Part shown: piece by piece, positions 13,711 to 26,300 of the stretch
How the letters are laid out: every line of letters begins with the position of its first letter
Position numbering within the stretch: position 1 is the stretch's first letter
Source: Octopus vulgaris
Taxonomy: Eukaryota
Assembly: GCA_951406725.2 (NCBI GenBank)
Contig: OX597815.1
Location: 25,358,001-25,422,000 of the forward strand
Reading direction: 5' to 3'
Length of the DNA stretch: 64,000 nt
Translations under genes and position numbers: made by a program
The notes under the pieces: generated by a model
Databases searched by the model: none
Seen by the model: the letters and a program-made list of their open reading frames with translations, nothing else
Told to the model about the DNA's origin: nothing

Positions 13711-14071
13711 ATGGCGAGCGGTTACGTTTCTCTTTCTCGTCCGTTCTTCTTATTACTACTGTCGACTTTCTGTATTGCACTTAATAGCAATATTCGTGTT
13801 TGGCCTTTACCACGAAAAATAAACAGCTCCTCGAATCCACTGCAAATTCATCCGTACAGCTTCACGTTCACTGCAACATCCGAGTCTTGCGATGTTTTAG
13901 ATTCCAGCTTCAAGAGATGGTGGAAGAGAACTTTTATCAATTTAGAACCCCGTTTGAAAAAAACTTTCCAATATGAAACTAGTCAGTTTGATGTTCTCTC
14001 TAACTTGAATGTGAACGTTCGTCAATCATGCAACGGTGGAATGTACCCTTCACTTCAATCAGACGAGTCTT
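13711..14071 (+). CDS. HEXA/HEXB: Hexosaminidase coding exon 1 (signal peptide + N-terminal domain)
   Basis: [23 protein letters not shown] hydrophobic signal, VWPLP motif, ends YPSLQSDES+T then gtaagt donor (phase 1). Confidence 0.92.
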
Positions 14072-17000
14072 GTAAGTCATTTTTCCTATTTACTTTTTGT
14101 TTTAAACATTTCACTGAGTGCGTACATTTCGTCATACATATATATACATACACACACACACACACATATATATTCACACGCGCGCACACACACATATATA
14201 TATATACACACACATATATATATATACACACACACACACATATATATATATTCACACGCGCGCACACACACACACATATAATGAATGGGTGTTATATGAA
14301 TGGGTTATTGTTGTTTATGCTCTTATTGAGCAAAACTATTGTTTCTCAGCTCTATTTGTGATAATCCCGCCGTTTTTAATTAAATGATATGTACGCAGAC
14401 AGTTCTATACTTAAGAGATGAGGAATTACGTATATTATTTACATTTGACAGATATTTGTTCCGGCTAATATGCCCTCCAAGCCTTCATCCGGAGTCTTGG
14501 GGATTTTTCGAACTCAGGTATTTTTCGATTATTGTTATTATTATCCATGTCACCGTCTGGAATCGAATTTGGAACTTGGGGTTTGTAGCCCACGCTCTTA
14601 ACCTCTACGCCATATGCCCATGCGCAATTTTAGAGTAAATTTTAAAGATTTATAAGCCCTAAAATTCACTCCATAATTGCCCATGGATATATGACGTAGT
14701 GGTTAAGGCTACTAACCCCAAGATTCCAGGCAGTGACTTGAATAATAATAACATCGAAAAATACCTTAGGAATGAGAACCCAGGTTCCAAATTTCCCCAA
14801 GACACCTGACGAAGGCAGCGGGGTATATCAGACGTAACGTTGTGTTAATAACAAACAAAATGAAGACAAATAATATAAATGATATACATTATAGAATGCG
14901 TCCGTTTTTCGGATGATGGGTTAATTTGAAGGAAATTTGGCTGTTAATTGTATAAAATGTCAGAACAGTGCTTTGTATATCTATCAGCTCATTGAGGATA
15001 GCGTAATTAGTTTGATCTGATTTTGTCTGAGTTCAAATCCCGCCAAGCAGCGCCGGATTAACCATTAAGCAAAATAAGCATGTGCTTAGGGCATCAAGGG
15101 AAGGACGGGGCACTACTGAAATGGTAAATGGTTTACGGCACAAAAGAAATCACTTTAAACTTGCTAAAATAATATCCAGGATGCCTTTATCCCTACCAAG
15201 TATAGATGCAGATGTGTTACCCAAGATTAATTTTGAGGAAGCTTTTCAAATATTAAGTGAAAGTATACAAAAACAAACGTCATTTCCCCTCTTATTGTTT
15301 TGTTTTGAAGAATAAAAAGGCGGGCGTAAACAATGTGGACCGTACCGCCCCACTTGTTTTGTTTTTTTCACAGGATCCCCCATTTTCGAGCACGGGGATT
15401 CTGATTTTAAAATTTTAATTCCCTCACGTATTTTTCTACATATTTCATAAAAAATAAATAAAATTTTGAAAAAAGTGAAAATTGAAGAATTTGGTGGGGA
15501 AATTAAAATTTTGAAAAGCCGTTTTTTTGGGGTTTTTTTTTTGCAGAATCAGAATCTCCGTACTCGTAAATGGGAGTTTCTGTAAACAAAAAAAAACAAA
15601 CAACCAAAAACAAAAGAGGGTACAGTACATATACTTTATGTCCACCAAATAAAAATTTATTTTATGGTTTGTTATTGTTTATATTTTGAATTACAATCTT
15701 TTATGGGGGTACCAAAATCTTATAAATGCTTAGGGCCTCAATGGGTCTTAATCCAGCCCTGTCGCCAAGGTCAGTGGCAAGACTTCCTTTTGTACCCCCC
15801 CCCCCCACACTTTATTTTAAAGTTCAGCAAAGAGATTTGATTCAAATTGTCAACCTCTATCAGCAATTATGGTGAGAGGAGCTCCAAAACATGAAATCCA
15901 CCCTTTGCAATTGAGAGAGATGAAATGTCTTTGTTGGGTATGGACTTCAGGCCATCTAGAAAAATGATCTATACAGCTCAACAAATACATATTACCTTGA
16001 ACTAGTGGCAAGGGGTGCACAATATCTAATTGGATATGTTTAAAGCACTCGTCTGGAGTAACAAAAGTGCCCAAAGGTTTCTTGATGTGGCATTGATATT
16101 TTAGTTTTCTGGCACAATATTCAAGTAAATGCCCAATTACAAATGTCTTTTTGCATACAGGCACACACGAAGTGACTTGAAATTAATTTCACTGTTGCTG
16201 AAATACTGGGATGAGGTAAATTATGAAGAACCAAAAAAAAAAAAAGCATTCGCCTATGAATCTTAGGAACATATAGTCTGGAAAAACCTGATAGAAACGT
16301 CACACCAAACAAGAATCTGTAAAATGTAGTGATAGTAGATGGAAGTCTAATGAAGGTGAGTCCAACAATTGAAGAGGCAAAAATTTGTCATGTTGTTGAT
16401 CCAACACAATTTGCTGCAGTCACGCTAATGTGCATACAAGATAAGGTATCAGCTGCAGAATTATCTCTGCCCTTGATGTAATAAATATCAACAATGTATT
16501 GTGAAATGAAATCCAAATGTCATAGGTCTATGGGTGAATATTTATCAGTTTTCGATTGTAGAACAAAAGTCAATGGTTTATGATTGGTGAAAACTATGAA
16601 CTGTTGTTCCTCAAGAAAAAAAAAAAACATGTTTTACAGCTAAATAAGCAGCCAAAAGTTTTCTACTGAAGGTGCTGTACCTTGACTCTGCTGATTTGAG
16701 GTATTTGGAAAAGAAGGAAAGTGGTTGCCAAGCATTTAGAACAAACTGTTGTAAAACTCTGCCAATTCCTACATTAGATGCATCAATTATTAATGATAAG
16801 GCTGCCAAAAGTATAATTCTTGATAACTTGTCCTTAATATTCTCAAAGACTTGTAACTGAGTAGAATTTAATTATATAGGTTTATTTTTCATTTTCCTGT
16901 TATGTAAAAGTTCTGTGAGAAGAAAAATTGTCTCAGTACAATGTAGAATAAATCTTCAATAGAAGTTAAACTAAGAAATTTTCATAACTTCATTTGAGAA

Positions 17001-20000
17001 GAAGGAACTGGAATATCATGAATAGCATCAATCTTATTCTGTACTGAATGTGTTCAATCTTTATCAATTACATGTCCCTGAAAAATGATGGAAGAAACAC
17101 CAAAAACACATTTATTTGCTTTAATTGTCACACCATATTGCAACAGGTAAGTAAAAGTTGTTAAAATTGAAGTACCTGCTCCTCTTCTGTGGAACTGGCT
17201 ATTAATAAGTCATTGATGGAAGTGAAAACAAAATCTTGACCATGTGTGACTTCATCAGTAAATCTCTGAAAAGTATTAGTAGTGTTACATAGACCAAAAG
17301 GCATTCAAATAACTTCAAACAAACCAAAAGGAGTAGTTAAAGCAGTGTTAGGGATGTCCACCAGTTCAGTTGATGCATGCACTAAATCAATCTTTGAAAA
17401 AATTCAGAAGATAGGATGAAATGAAAGGATTATTTTCTGCGCCACATGAAGTTGAGGAAGAGTTATACATTAATTAATAAAATACATATTATTTATCTTG
17501 TGAAGGCACTTGGCTCACTGGTTAAAGTGTTGAGCTTATGATTATGGGGTTGTGAGTTTGATTCCTGGACCAGACTGTGTCGTGTTCTTGAGCAAGACAC
17601 TTTATTTCATGTTGCTCCAGTTCACTCATGTGTAGAAATGACTTGTGATGTTGCTAGTGCCAAGCTATATCAGCCTTTGCCTTTCCCTTGGATAACATCA
17701 ATGGCATGGAGAGGGGAGGCTTGTATGCATGGGCAACTTCTGGTTTTCCTCAAACTTGTGCCTAGGAGGAGAACTTTCTAAGTGCGATCCCATGGTCATT
17801 CATGAAACTTATCAGCATTGAAATGTATGTTATTTTCATCAGCCCATTTGTATATTACATGCAGGTCGTTTGGTAGTTTTACAATGTCATCAGAGAGCAG
17901 TTGCGGAGATGGGTGGAATGTTATTCCAAACTCTATGCCAAGGAGAACATCTTGGACAGTGTGCTAGTCACCATGGATCATCTACCTGTCATGGAAGAGC
18001 TAGACACATTGCTGACTGCTGAAGAACTGAGCAAAGTCATTGATGGGTTACCCACTGGGAAAGCACTCGAGATCATCAGGTGTACAAGAGATCTACTCAG
18101 CCACTTGCTGAAACTACTGTGTAAGTGCTGGGAGGAGGAAACAGCCCCGCAAGACAAGAGAGACTGCAACATTGTCACTCTTTATAAGAACAAAAGGGAC
18201 AGAAGTGACTGCAAAAGCTACTGAGGCATCTCACTGTTAAGTGTTGTCGGGGAAAGTCTTTGTTTGTGCAATCCTGAGTGTGGTTTCAGGCTAGAATGCT
18301 CCACCATTGACATGATCTTCTCTCTTAGACAGCTACAGGAGAAGTGCTGAAAGCAAAGACAACCACTCTACATCACCTTCATTGACCTCACAAAAGCTTC
18401 TGAGCTAGTTCAAAATCCTTGCCAAGACCTGCTGTCCTCCCAGACTTCTCAGAATTGTCCTGTTTCTGGTGGATATGAAAGGTGTTTAATTTGATGACTC
18501 TTCTTTGGAAGTGTTCAACATATGTTGGGGTGTGAAGCAGGGCTGTGTGCTTGCTCCCACCTTTCTTGGCATCTTATATACAGTCATGCTGAAGCATGCA
18601 TTTGAAGCATCAGCTGATGGTGCCTACTTCCAAACCAGGTCAGACGGAAAACTGTTTAGTTTGTTAAGGCTGAAAGTGAAATCCAGGGTTTGTCAGGCAC
18701 TCATCAGAGAAATGCTGTTTGTGGACAACGCAGTATTGACAGCGCACTCAATGAAGCAAATGCAGCACCTTGTGGACAAACTCCCAAGGGCCTGCTAGGA
18801 ATTCAGCCTGATTATTTGTCTGAAGAAAACCAATGTACAGGGCTATGTACTGAATCAAGCACCCCACCCCAAAACCATCAACAATTACAAGCTGGACCTT
18901 GAGATCAGCAGGTGAGTTGGATGTGCATCCTCATGTGCCAGGCTGATGAAGATACTCTGGGAGAACAGAAAACTGACCATAAAGAACCCCAAGATTGTTG
19001 TCTATAAGGCATGTAACTTCAGTACACTACTTTACAGCAGTGAGACATGAAGCCTCTATTCTAGACAGGAGTAGCATCTTGTCTTCCACCTTCATAACCT
19101 GAGTTGCATCTTGGATATCAAGTGAACTGACTGAATTACCAACACTGAAGTCCTCAACCATGCCAAGATACCCAGCATATTCACTCTGCTCCAACAGTGC
19201 TGTCTGTGCTGGCTCTGTCACACATATCATATGCTGAACTGGAGGATTCCCCAAAGAATTCTTGCATGGGGAAATGGCCACTGGTACAAAAGCATGAGGA
19301 TTACCTCTTTGTTTCAAGGATGAATGCAAGAGTTGCCTATAATTTTTAGGATATACTCTGCTTCCTCCTTTGTGGATAAGGCATATTATTCCCCACTTCA
19401 ATTTGCATAGGAGCTTACCATTTGCAAGGAAACTCTGAAAAAGAAGCTGCAGTTGTTTTGCAAGGGCTCATGTTCATGATTTGAGGATTGCTGAGAATCT
19501 ATCTGGGCCAGCAGATGAATTTGTGTCTACCTCATCTGTAGCCAATATTACATCTTGCTCTTTAATGTTGATGTAATCAATTATTATCACCTTGGTTACA
19601 GGTGAAGTGGCAAAGGACTCCACTGGTTTGTTCACTTGCCTGCGTCCCAAAGGGGTATTACAAAAACACTTTTGAACTGTTCGTTCAGTATTTCATTTAT
19701 CCCCATTGGGTTTCCTGTGAAGAAGCCATCATTTTGGAAGAGGAGTCCTACTTTGTAGCATACTGAGGCTGTTTCTTTGATCATGTGAAATTATGGTGGT
19801 TTGCTCATGGTATCTGACTGATTATCAAGCGATTAGGTTTTGAATCACTACTAAAGGAGCATATATTTGGCAATAGTTCCAAATGTAGATATATACCTTC
19901 CAACACGTATAACCACCACCCTTTTCTGTGTGCTATGTTATACTGGTACAGGTAGGTACAGGTAGGTGGGTCTTTTATAATGCTGTGTGTTACCAATGCT

Positions 20001-23000
20001 TTGTGGGAAGTGATCTTCAACATTGTGTGTCACTAATCACAAGATCCATCCACTTTGACTGCCCTGCAAGTCTTTATATAGATGTCATCTTTCATACGTG
20101 TGCCCATATCATTGCTGTCTTATCTCTTCCACTCTACATCCACTCCTGTATATATTCAATTTTTAATTTCTCATAGCTCATTTCTGTATATAACATTACA
20201 TATCCTACAGAACATGCTCACTTATTTCTTTCTAGACTTCATAAATCCTCTTCATTCAAGACCTATATCTTGCTACCAGGTTGCATCACAGTTTGTAATC
20301 ATCATCATCATTTAGCGTCCGTTTTCCATGCTAGCATGGGTTGGACGGTTCAACTGGGGTCTGTGAAGCCGGAAGGCTGCATCAGGCCCAGTCAGATCTG
20401 GCAGTGTTTCTACGGCTGGATGCCCTTCCTAACGTCAACCACTCCGTGAGTGTAGTGGGTGCTTTTTACGTGCCACCGGCACAGGTGCCAGACAGAGCTG
20501 GCAAACGGCCACGAATGGATGGTGCTTTTATGTGTCACCGGCATGGGGGCCAGGCGAGGCTGGCAACAGACGCGAGCGCATGGTGCTTTTACGTGCCACT
20601 GGCACGGGGGCCAGGCGAGGCTGGCAACGGACACGAACGGATGGTGCTTTTACGTGCGTCCTTCCTTGATAGCTTCTGGAAAGCCTTCGACAGCATCGAA
20701 ATCAACATAGTACTACAAGCTCTCAGGAAACAAGATGTGATAATGCAGTATGTCACCCTCCTTCAGGTGGCAAATACCGGGTGCACAACAAATGTAGCCC
20801 TGTTATCCTCACCAGTAAATGTTCTGGTGGAGAAGGGTGTTGAACTTTTCACATCATGTCTTGAGATGGTCATGCAATGTTTTATGCATGTGAGACGTGG
20901 GCCTTGATGAGGAGAGAATAACAGCTGCTTACGGTGCAGGGAGCCATGGATAGGTCAGTGTTGGGAATCTCACTAAGAGATCACATCTGGAATGAGGAGA
21001 TCAGGGATAGAACTGGAGCGAAGGATATCATTACAGAATACACCTATTTCTTTACTACCCACAAGGGGCTAAACACAGAGAATACAAACAAGGCCAGACA
21101 AATGGATTAAGTCGATTATATCGACCCCAGTGCGTAACTGGCACTTATTTAATTGACCCCGAAAGGATGAAAGGCAAAGTCGACCTCGGCGGAATTTGAA
21201 CTCTGAATGTAGTGGCAGACGAAATACGGCTGAACATTTCGCCCGGCGTTCTAACGATTCTGCCAGCTCACCGCCTTCTCACAGAATACCTATTTCTTTA
21301 TTACCCACAAGGGGCTAAACACAGAGGGGACAAACAATGATAGACATAGGTATTAAGTCGATTACATCGACCCCAGTGCATAACTGGTACTTAATTTATC
21401 GACCCCGAAAGGATGAAAGGCAAAGTCGACCTCGGCGGAATTTGAACTCTGAATGTAGTGGCAGACGAAATACGGCTGAACATTTCGCCCAGCGTTCTAA
21501 CGATTCTGCCAGCTCACCACCTTCTCACAGAATACCTATTTCTTTATTACCCACAAGGGGCTAAACACAGAGGGGACAAACAAGGACAGACATAGGTATT
21601 AAGTCGATTACATCGACCCCAGTGCGTAACTGGTACTTAATTTATCGACCCCGAAAGGATGAAAGGCAAAGTCGACCTCGGCAGAATTTGAACTCTGAAT
21701 GTAGCGGCAGACGAAATACCGCTGAGCATTTCGCCTGGCGTTCTAACGATTCTGCCAGCTCGCCGCCTTCTCATAGAATACCATCATGCAAAGCTATGGT
21801 GGATTGGTCATGTCACAAGGTTCACAGACAATCGGTGGACCTATGCAGTTGTTGAGTGGTACCCATGCAAATGGAAGTGACGATTTAGAAGACTTCCAGT
21901 CAGGTAGGAAGATGATTTAAGAAAGATGTTTGGAACAATGTAGGGGAGAATGGTGAGAGCACGAGGGGAATGGAGCAAATGCTTTAGTCTTTTTTTTTTT
22001 ATTTTGAGGCCTCTTAATTTTAGGTTTTGCTTCTTTGGAATTTCTTCTCTAAATCTTGGAATTCTCATGAGCAGTCGAGTTCGAATTCTGCCGAGGTCGA
22101 CTTTGCCTTTCATCCTTTCGGGGTTGATAAATTAAGTACCATTTGCATAGTGGGGTTGATTTAATCAACTAGCTCCTTCCCCAAAAATTTCAGGCCTTGT
22201 GCCTAGAGTAGAAAAGAATCTTAAACTTCTTTATAATCTGAAGGACTATAATGCTGGGTATTTAATCTAGGTGATGTGTTAAGATTACTTCGATGGTTCA
22301 GTGCACATTCACTACTAGGGCAGTTCAGAATTTCAGTCTCATTGGAAGCACATTACAATGGCCCAGTGGTTAGGGCAGCGGACTCGCGGTCGTAGGATTG
22401 CGGTTTCGATTCCCAGACCGGGCATTGTGAGTGTTTATTGAGCGAAAACACCTAAAGCTCTACGAGGCTCCGGCAGGGGATGGTGGTGATCCCTGCTGTA
22501 CTCTTTCACCACAACTTTCTCTCACTCTTACTTCCTGTTTCTGTTGTACCTGTATTTCAAAGGGCCGGCCTTGTCACTCTCTGTGTCACGCTGAATATCC
22601 CCGAGAACTACGTTAAGGGTACACGTGTCTGTGGAGTGCTCAGCCACTTACACGTTAATTTCACGAGCAGGCTGTTCCGTTGATCGGATCAACTGGAACC
22701 CTCATCGTCGCAACCGACAGAGTGCTTCCATCCACAATTTCATGCAGTTAACCTCCTGCTGCATTTTCTGCAATATTTGGTGTGCTGGTGTAAACCAAAT
22801 TTATAGTCTGGGCTGCATAGCTAACACACACTTACACACCTCTATCTGTCTGAATTTCTCTCTCTCACTCACTTACTCTCTCTCTCTCTCTTTTGCTGTT
22901 TATCTTTTTTTATGTATCTGTCTATCTTTGTGACTGTTACTTGAATATTTCACCATCTCATTAGTCACTCATGTAAAAATGTTATCTTTAAAATCATCAT

Positions 23001-23285
23001 CAGTTGTTATATATCTGTCAATCAACAATAAAAATGCTATTGAAAAATAAAAGCAAGTATTTTCGCAATGTGTAGTAAGTAGGATTTTTATTTAAACTTG
23101 ATATTGGTTTGTTTATAAATTTTTATTTCCAATCAAAATAGCAGAGGTATCATTTCAATATAAAGCATAACAAAACAAAACTTCACCTTTGTGTATTCAT
23201 TTTAAATTATGTTATAATTCACTGATTCCAACCAGAACTATAAGCAGCCAATTCAACTACAAATTCTTTGAGATCTTCCTCTCTC

Positions 23286-23379
<94 letters not shown>

Positions 23380-26300
23380 TTTCTCATTGCCTTCTTTTTT
23401 TTCATCTTCCGTACTACACATCCGGACCAATGTAGGAAGATATAATAGTAGTTTAAAAAGCATAAAGAACAAAATATTGAATAATCTTCTGTTTCATAAT
23501 CTAGAAATCTTATTTATTGAAGAATGTTTTGCATTTGAGTTGTTCTTTATCTCTAAATTCAGAACTGTTTTTTGAAGACAAGGTTTAGTATTCTTATCCA
23601 CTATGTTAGTGAAAAGCAGCAAAATAGTGATATTGATAAAGTAGACAAGGCAAGGATCAGAGGGACAGAGAGAAATGGCATGTTGTAGGGTAGGTGGTTA
23701 GAGTGTGGAGGCATAGTGCATGAGGGAGGTGAGAGATGTATGATGTGAAGAAAGAGAGATAATTTGGTGGCTTAGTGGGGTGATCAATGTAAAATGTTGG
23801 TGTAGAGGACAGTAGATGGATAAAAGAAGTGAAGTGATTCTGAAGACTGAGAAAGATTAGAACTTTTATTTTTAACAGAGAGAGAGAGAGATCTCGACAC
23901 CTCCACCACTCATCATCTCTCTAACTGTAGCTTTACCTTGCTACCGCTAATCTTTCTCAATCTTCAGAATCACTTCACTTCTTTCATCCGGCTAGTGTCC
24001 TCTCCACCAACATTTTACATTGATCACCCCACTAAGCCACCAAATTATCTCTCTTTCTTCACATCATACATCTCTCACCTCCCTCATGCACTATTCCTCC
24101 ACACTCTAACCACCTACTCAACAACATGCCATCTCTCTCTGTCACTCTGATCCTTGCCTTGTCTACTTTATCAATATCACTATTTTGCTTGTTTTTACTA
24201 ACACACATTATTGGACTCCTCCCCTCCTGCCCACCATTCACTACATTCACCTGTCAAAACCAGCTCTTCATTCTTTATTTTTTGCCCTATTTCCTCACCT
24301 ATTCCCCATCTCTCTTTCTCCCATATATTCTTGCAATATCTACCACCCACAGTCCCAGTTTCTCTGATCCCACTCACTTTTACTCACCTCTTACCTTGAC
24401 AGTACACCCAGCCCCCATTGCTTTCACCTTTGCCCAACTCCACTCAATCACTCCACACCCTCTCTTCTAAGATGTGAGTAGCTATGTAGCTTCTCTGCTG
24501 CAAAGAGTCTGTTCTGTTCTGGCTTCTTCTTATACTTTAAACCCATATCTAACATAAAGTCATTTCTTTCAGTGTTGTTCATAGTTATACAGATGACACA
24601 CAAAAAGCACCTAGTAACAAAGAAAAACAAAAGTACTAATGCAAAAATGCAATACGTATCAATACTCTAGCTGTCCCAGATATATGTCACAGTTATAATT
24701 TTAACTAGATACTAAATAAACCAGCAAGCCTAGACAGTTCAGTGTTTGTAGTTAACCTGGTGACACACAATAAAAGCACCCAACACACACAAAAAAAAAA
24801 TCACGAATGCGAAAATAACGGAAGTTAGTATCAATACTCTAGCTGTACCAGATATATGTTATAGTTATAATTTTAACTAGTCACTAAATAAACTAGCAAG
24901 CTTTGACAGGAAAACAAGGAAAATATTTAGAAATCTGACATAGAAAGATTATGTATACCTCAAATTCATAGCCTTACACAAATACAAAACTACTATAAAA
25001 ATATCTATGGGAAGACATGTGGTTTAGTGGTTATGGTATTTGGCCCACAACCGTAAGGTCGTGAGTTCAATACCTTGTGGCATGTTGTGTCCTTGAACAA
25101 GACACTTTATTTCATGTTGCTCCAGTTCACTCAGCTGGCAAAAATGAGTAGTACCTGTGTACTAAGGCCAGCCTTGTCACATTCTGTGTCACGCTGAATC
25201 TCCTTGAGAACTACATTAAGTTTACGTATGTCTGCAGAATGCTCAGCCACATGAAAATTAATTTCACAAACCGGTTTTGTTTTATGAATAAATTTGAACA
25301 CTGATCATCATAATTGAAGGAATGCCAAATATAAAAGTATCTGATTCAGAATCAAGAAAAATTTGATATAAATGGCTACAAAACATGAACAAAACAAACG
25401 GAAAATGTATCTGTCTTAAAGGAAGCTGAAAAATACAAAGCAAAGATATGAAAGAACAGGAGTAACAACAAAAATTGAAAGCAACTAACATCTAAACTGA
25501 AACTGTGATGACAAATTGCAATGATAAAATGATAGCAAGTAAAGCCTCTTCATGGCAAATGCTGGAATAAACTGAACAGAAAGGAAATAGATAAAGAAAA
25601 ATCACAACACTGACAGAGAAGCAGAAGACTCAGAGCAGAGACTGAAGGATTTTTCCATGTGGCACAAGACCAAAGCCTCTCCATCAGAAACCACCAGAAG
25701 CATAATGAAGCAGAATACAGTAACAGCATTATATGTGGGGATGAGGATGCAACTATGAACCTTAATATCTCTGGCTGTCCAGTCTTGGCCAAAGAAGAAT
25801 ATATCTGTGGACAGGACAAAGTTGGGACACCAACAAAAGCATAACAGTCACAACTGAAGCCAATGAAAGAAATTTGGGTAATTTAAGAATTGAGGAAGCT
25901 ATACTCATACGCAGACTAGGGCCCCAAATTAACAACGGTCTGGAGGCTGGTAATCAATATATTATTTAGCTACATCTGGATGCATGTAGGTTCATTTTTG
26001 ATAATATGCTCATTGGTAGTTTATAACAAAAAAAGAAAACAAAAAGAGAAGGGGAAAAAAAGGAAACTGCACATATATTACATAACTTAGAAGCAGCGCT
26101 ACGGATGTACCAGCACACATGAGATTGAGGCATGGCCGACCTCACGCAATTCTCATGAGGAATTCCGGAATGAGACCACTGTTGAGATGCTTCAAAAAAA
26201 ATAATAAAGAAGAAAAGCCGTTGGAAAACCGATTATAGCAGCGACTCCATCTAAGAATATCTGAAGAAGGAATTTTATTCCGAAATATCATATCAGACAA

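Noticed and set aside
13621-14361. 246-aa ORF taken as a whole protein
   Set aside because: Only 13711-14071 is exon; the rest reads through UTR, intron and (CA/TA)n repeats.
22350-22430. Possible tRNA-Arg gene
   Set aside because: No proper acceptor stem and it continues into a SINE body, so it is a SINE head.
24656-24905. About 80-bp direct repeat pair considered as LTRs
   Set aside because: No TG..CA ends, PBS or PPT; looks like a simple local duplication.
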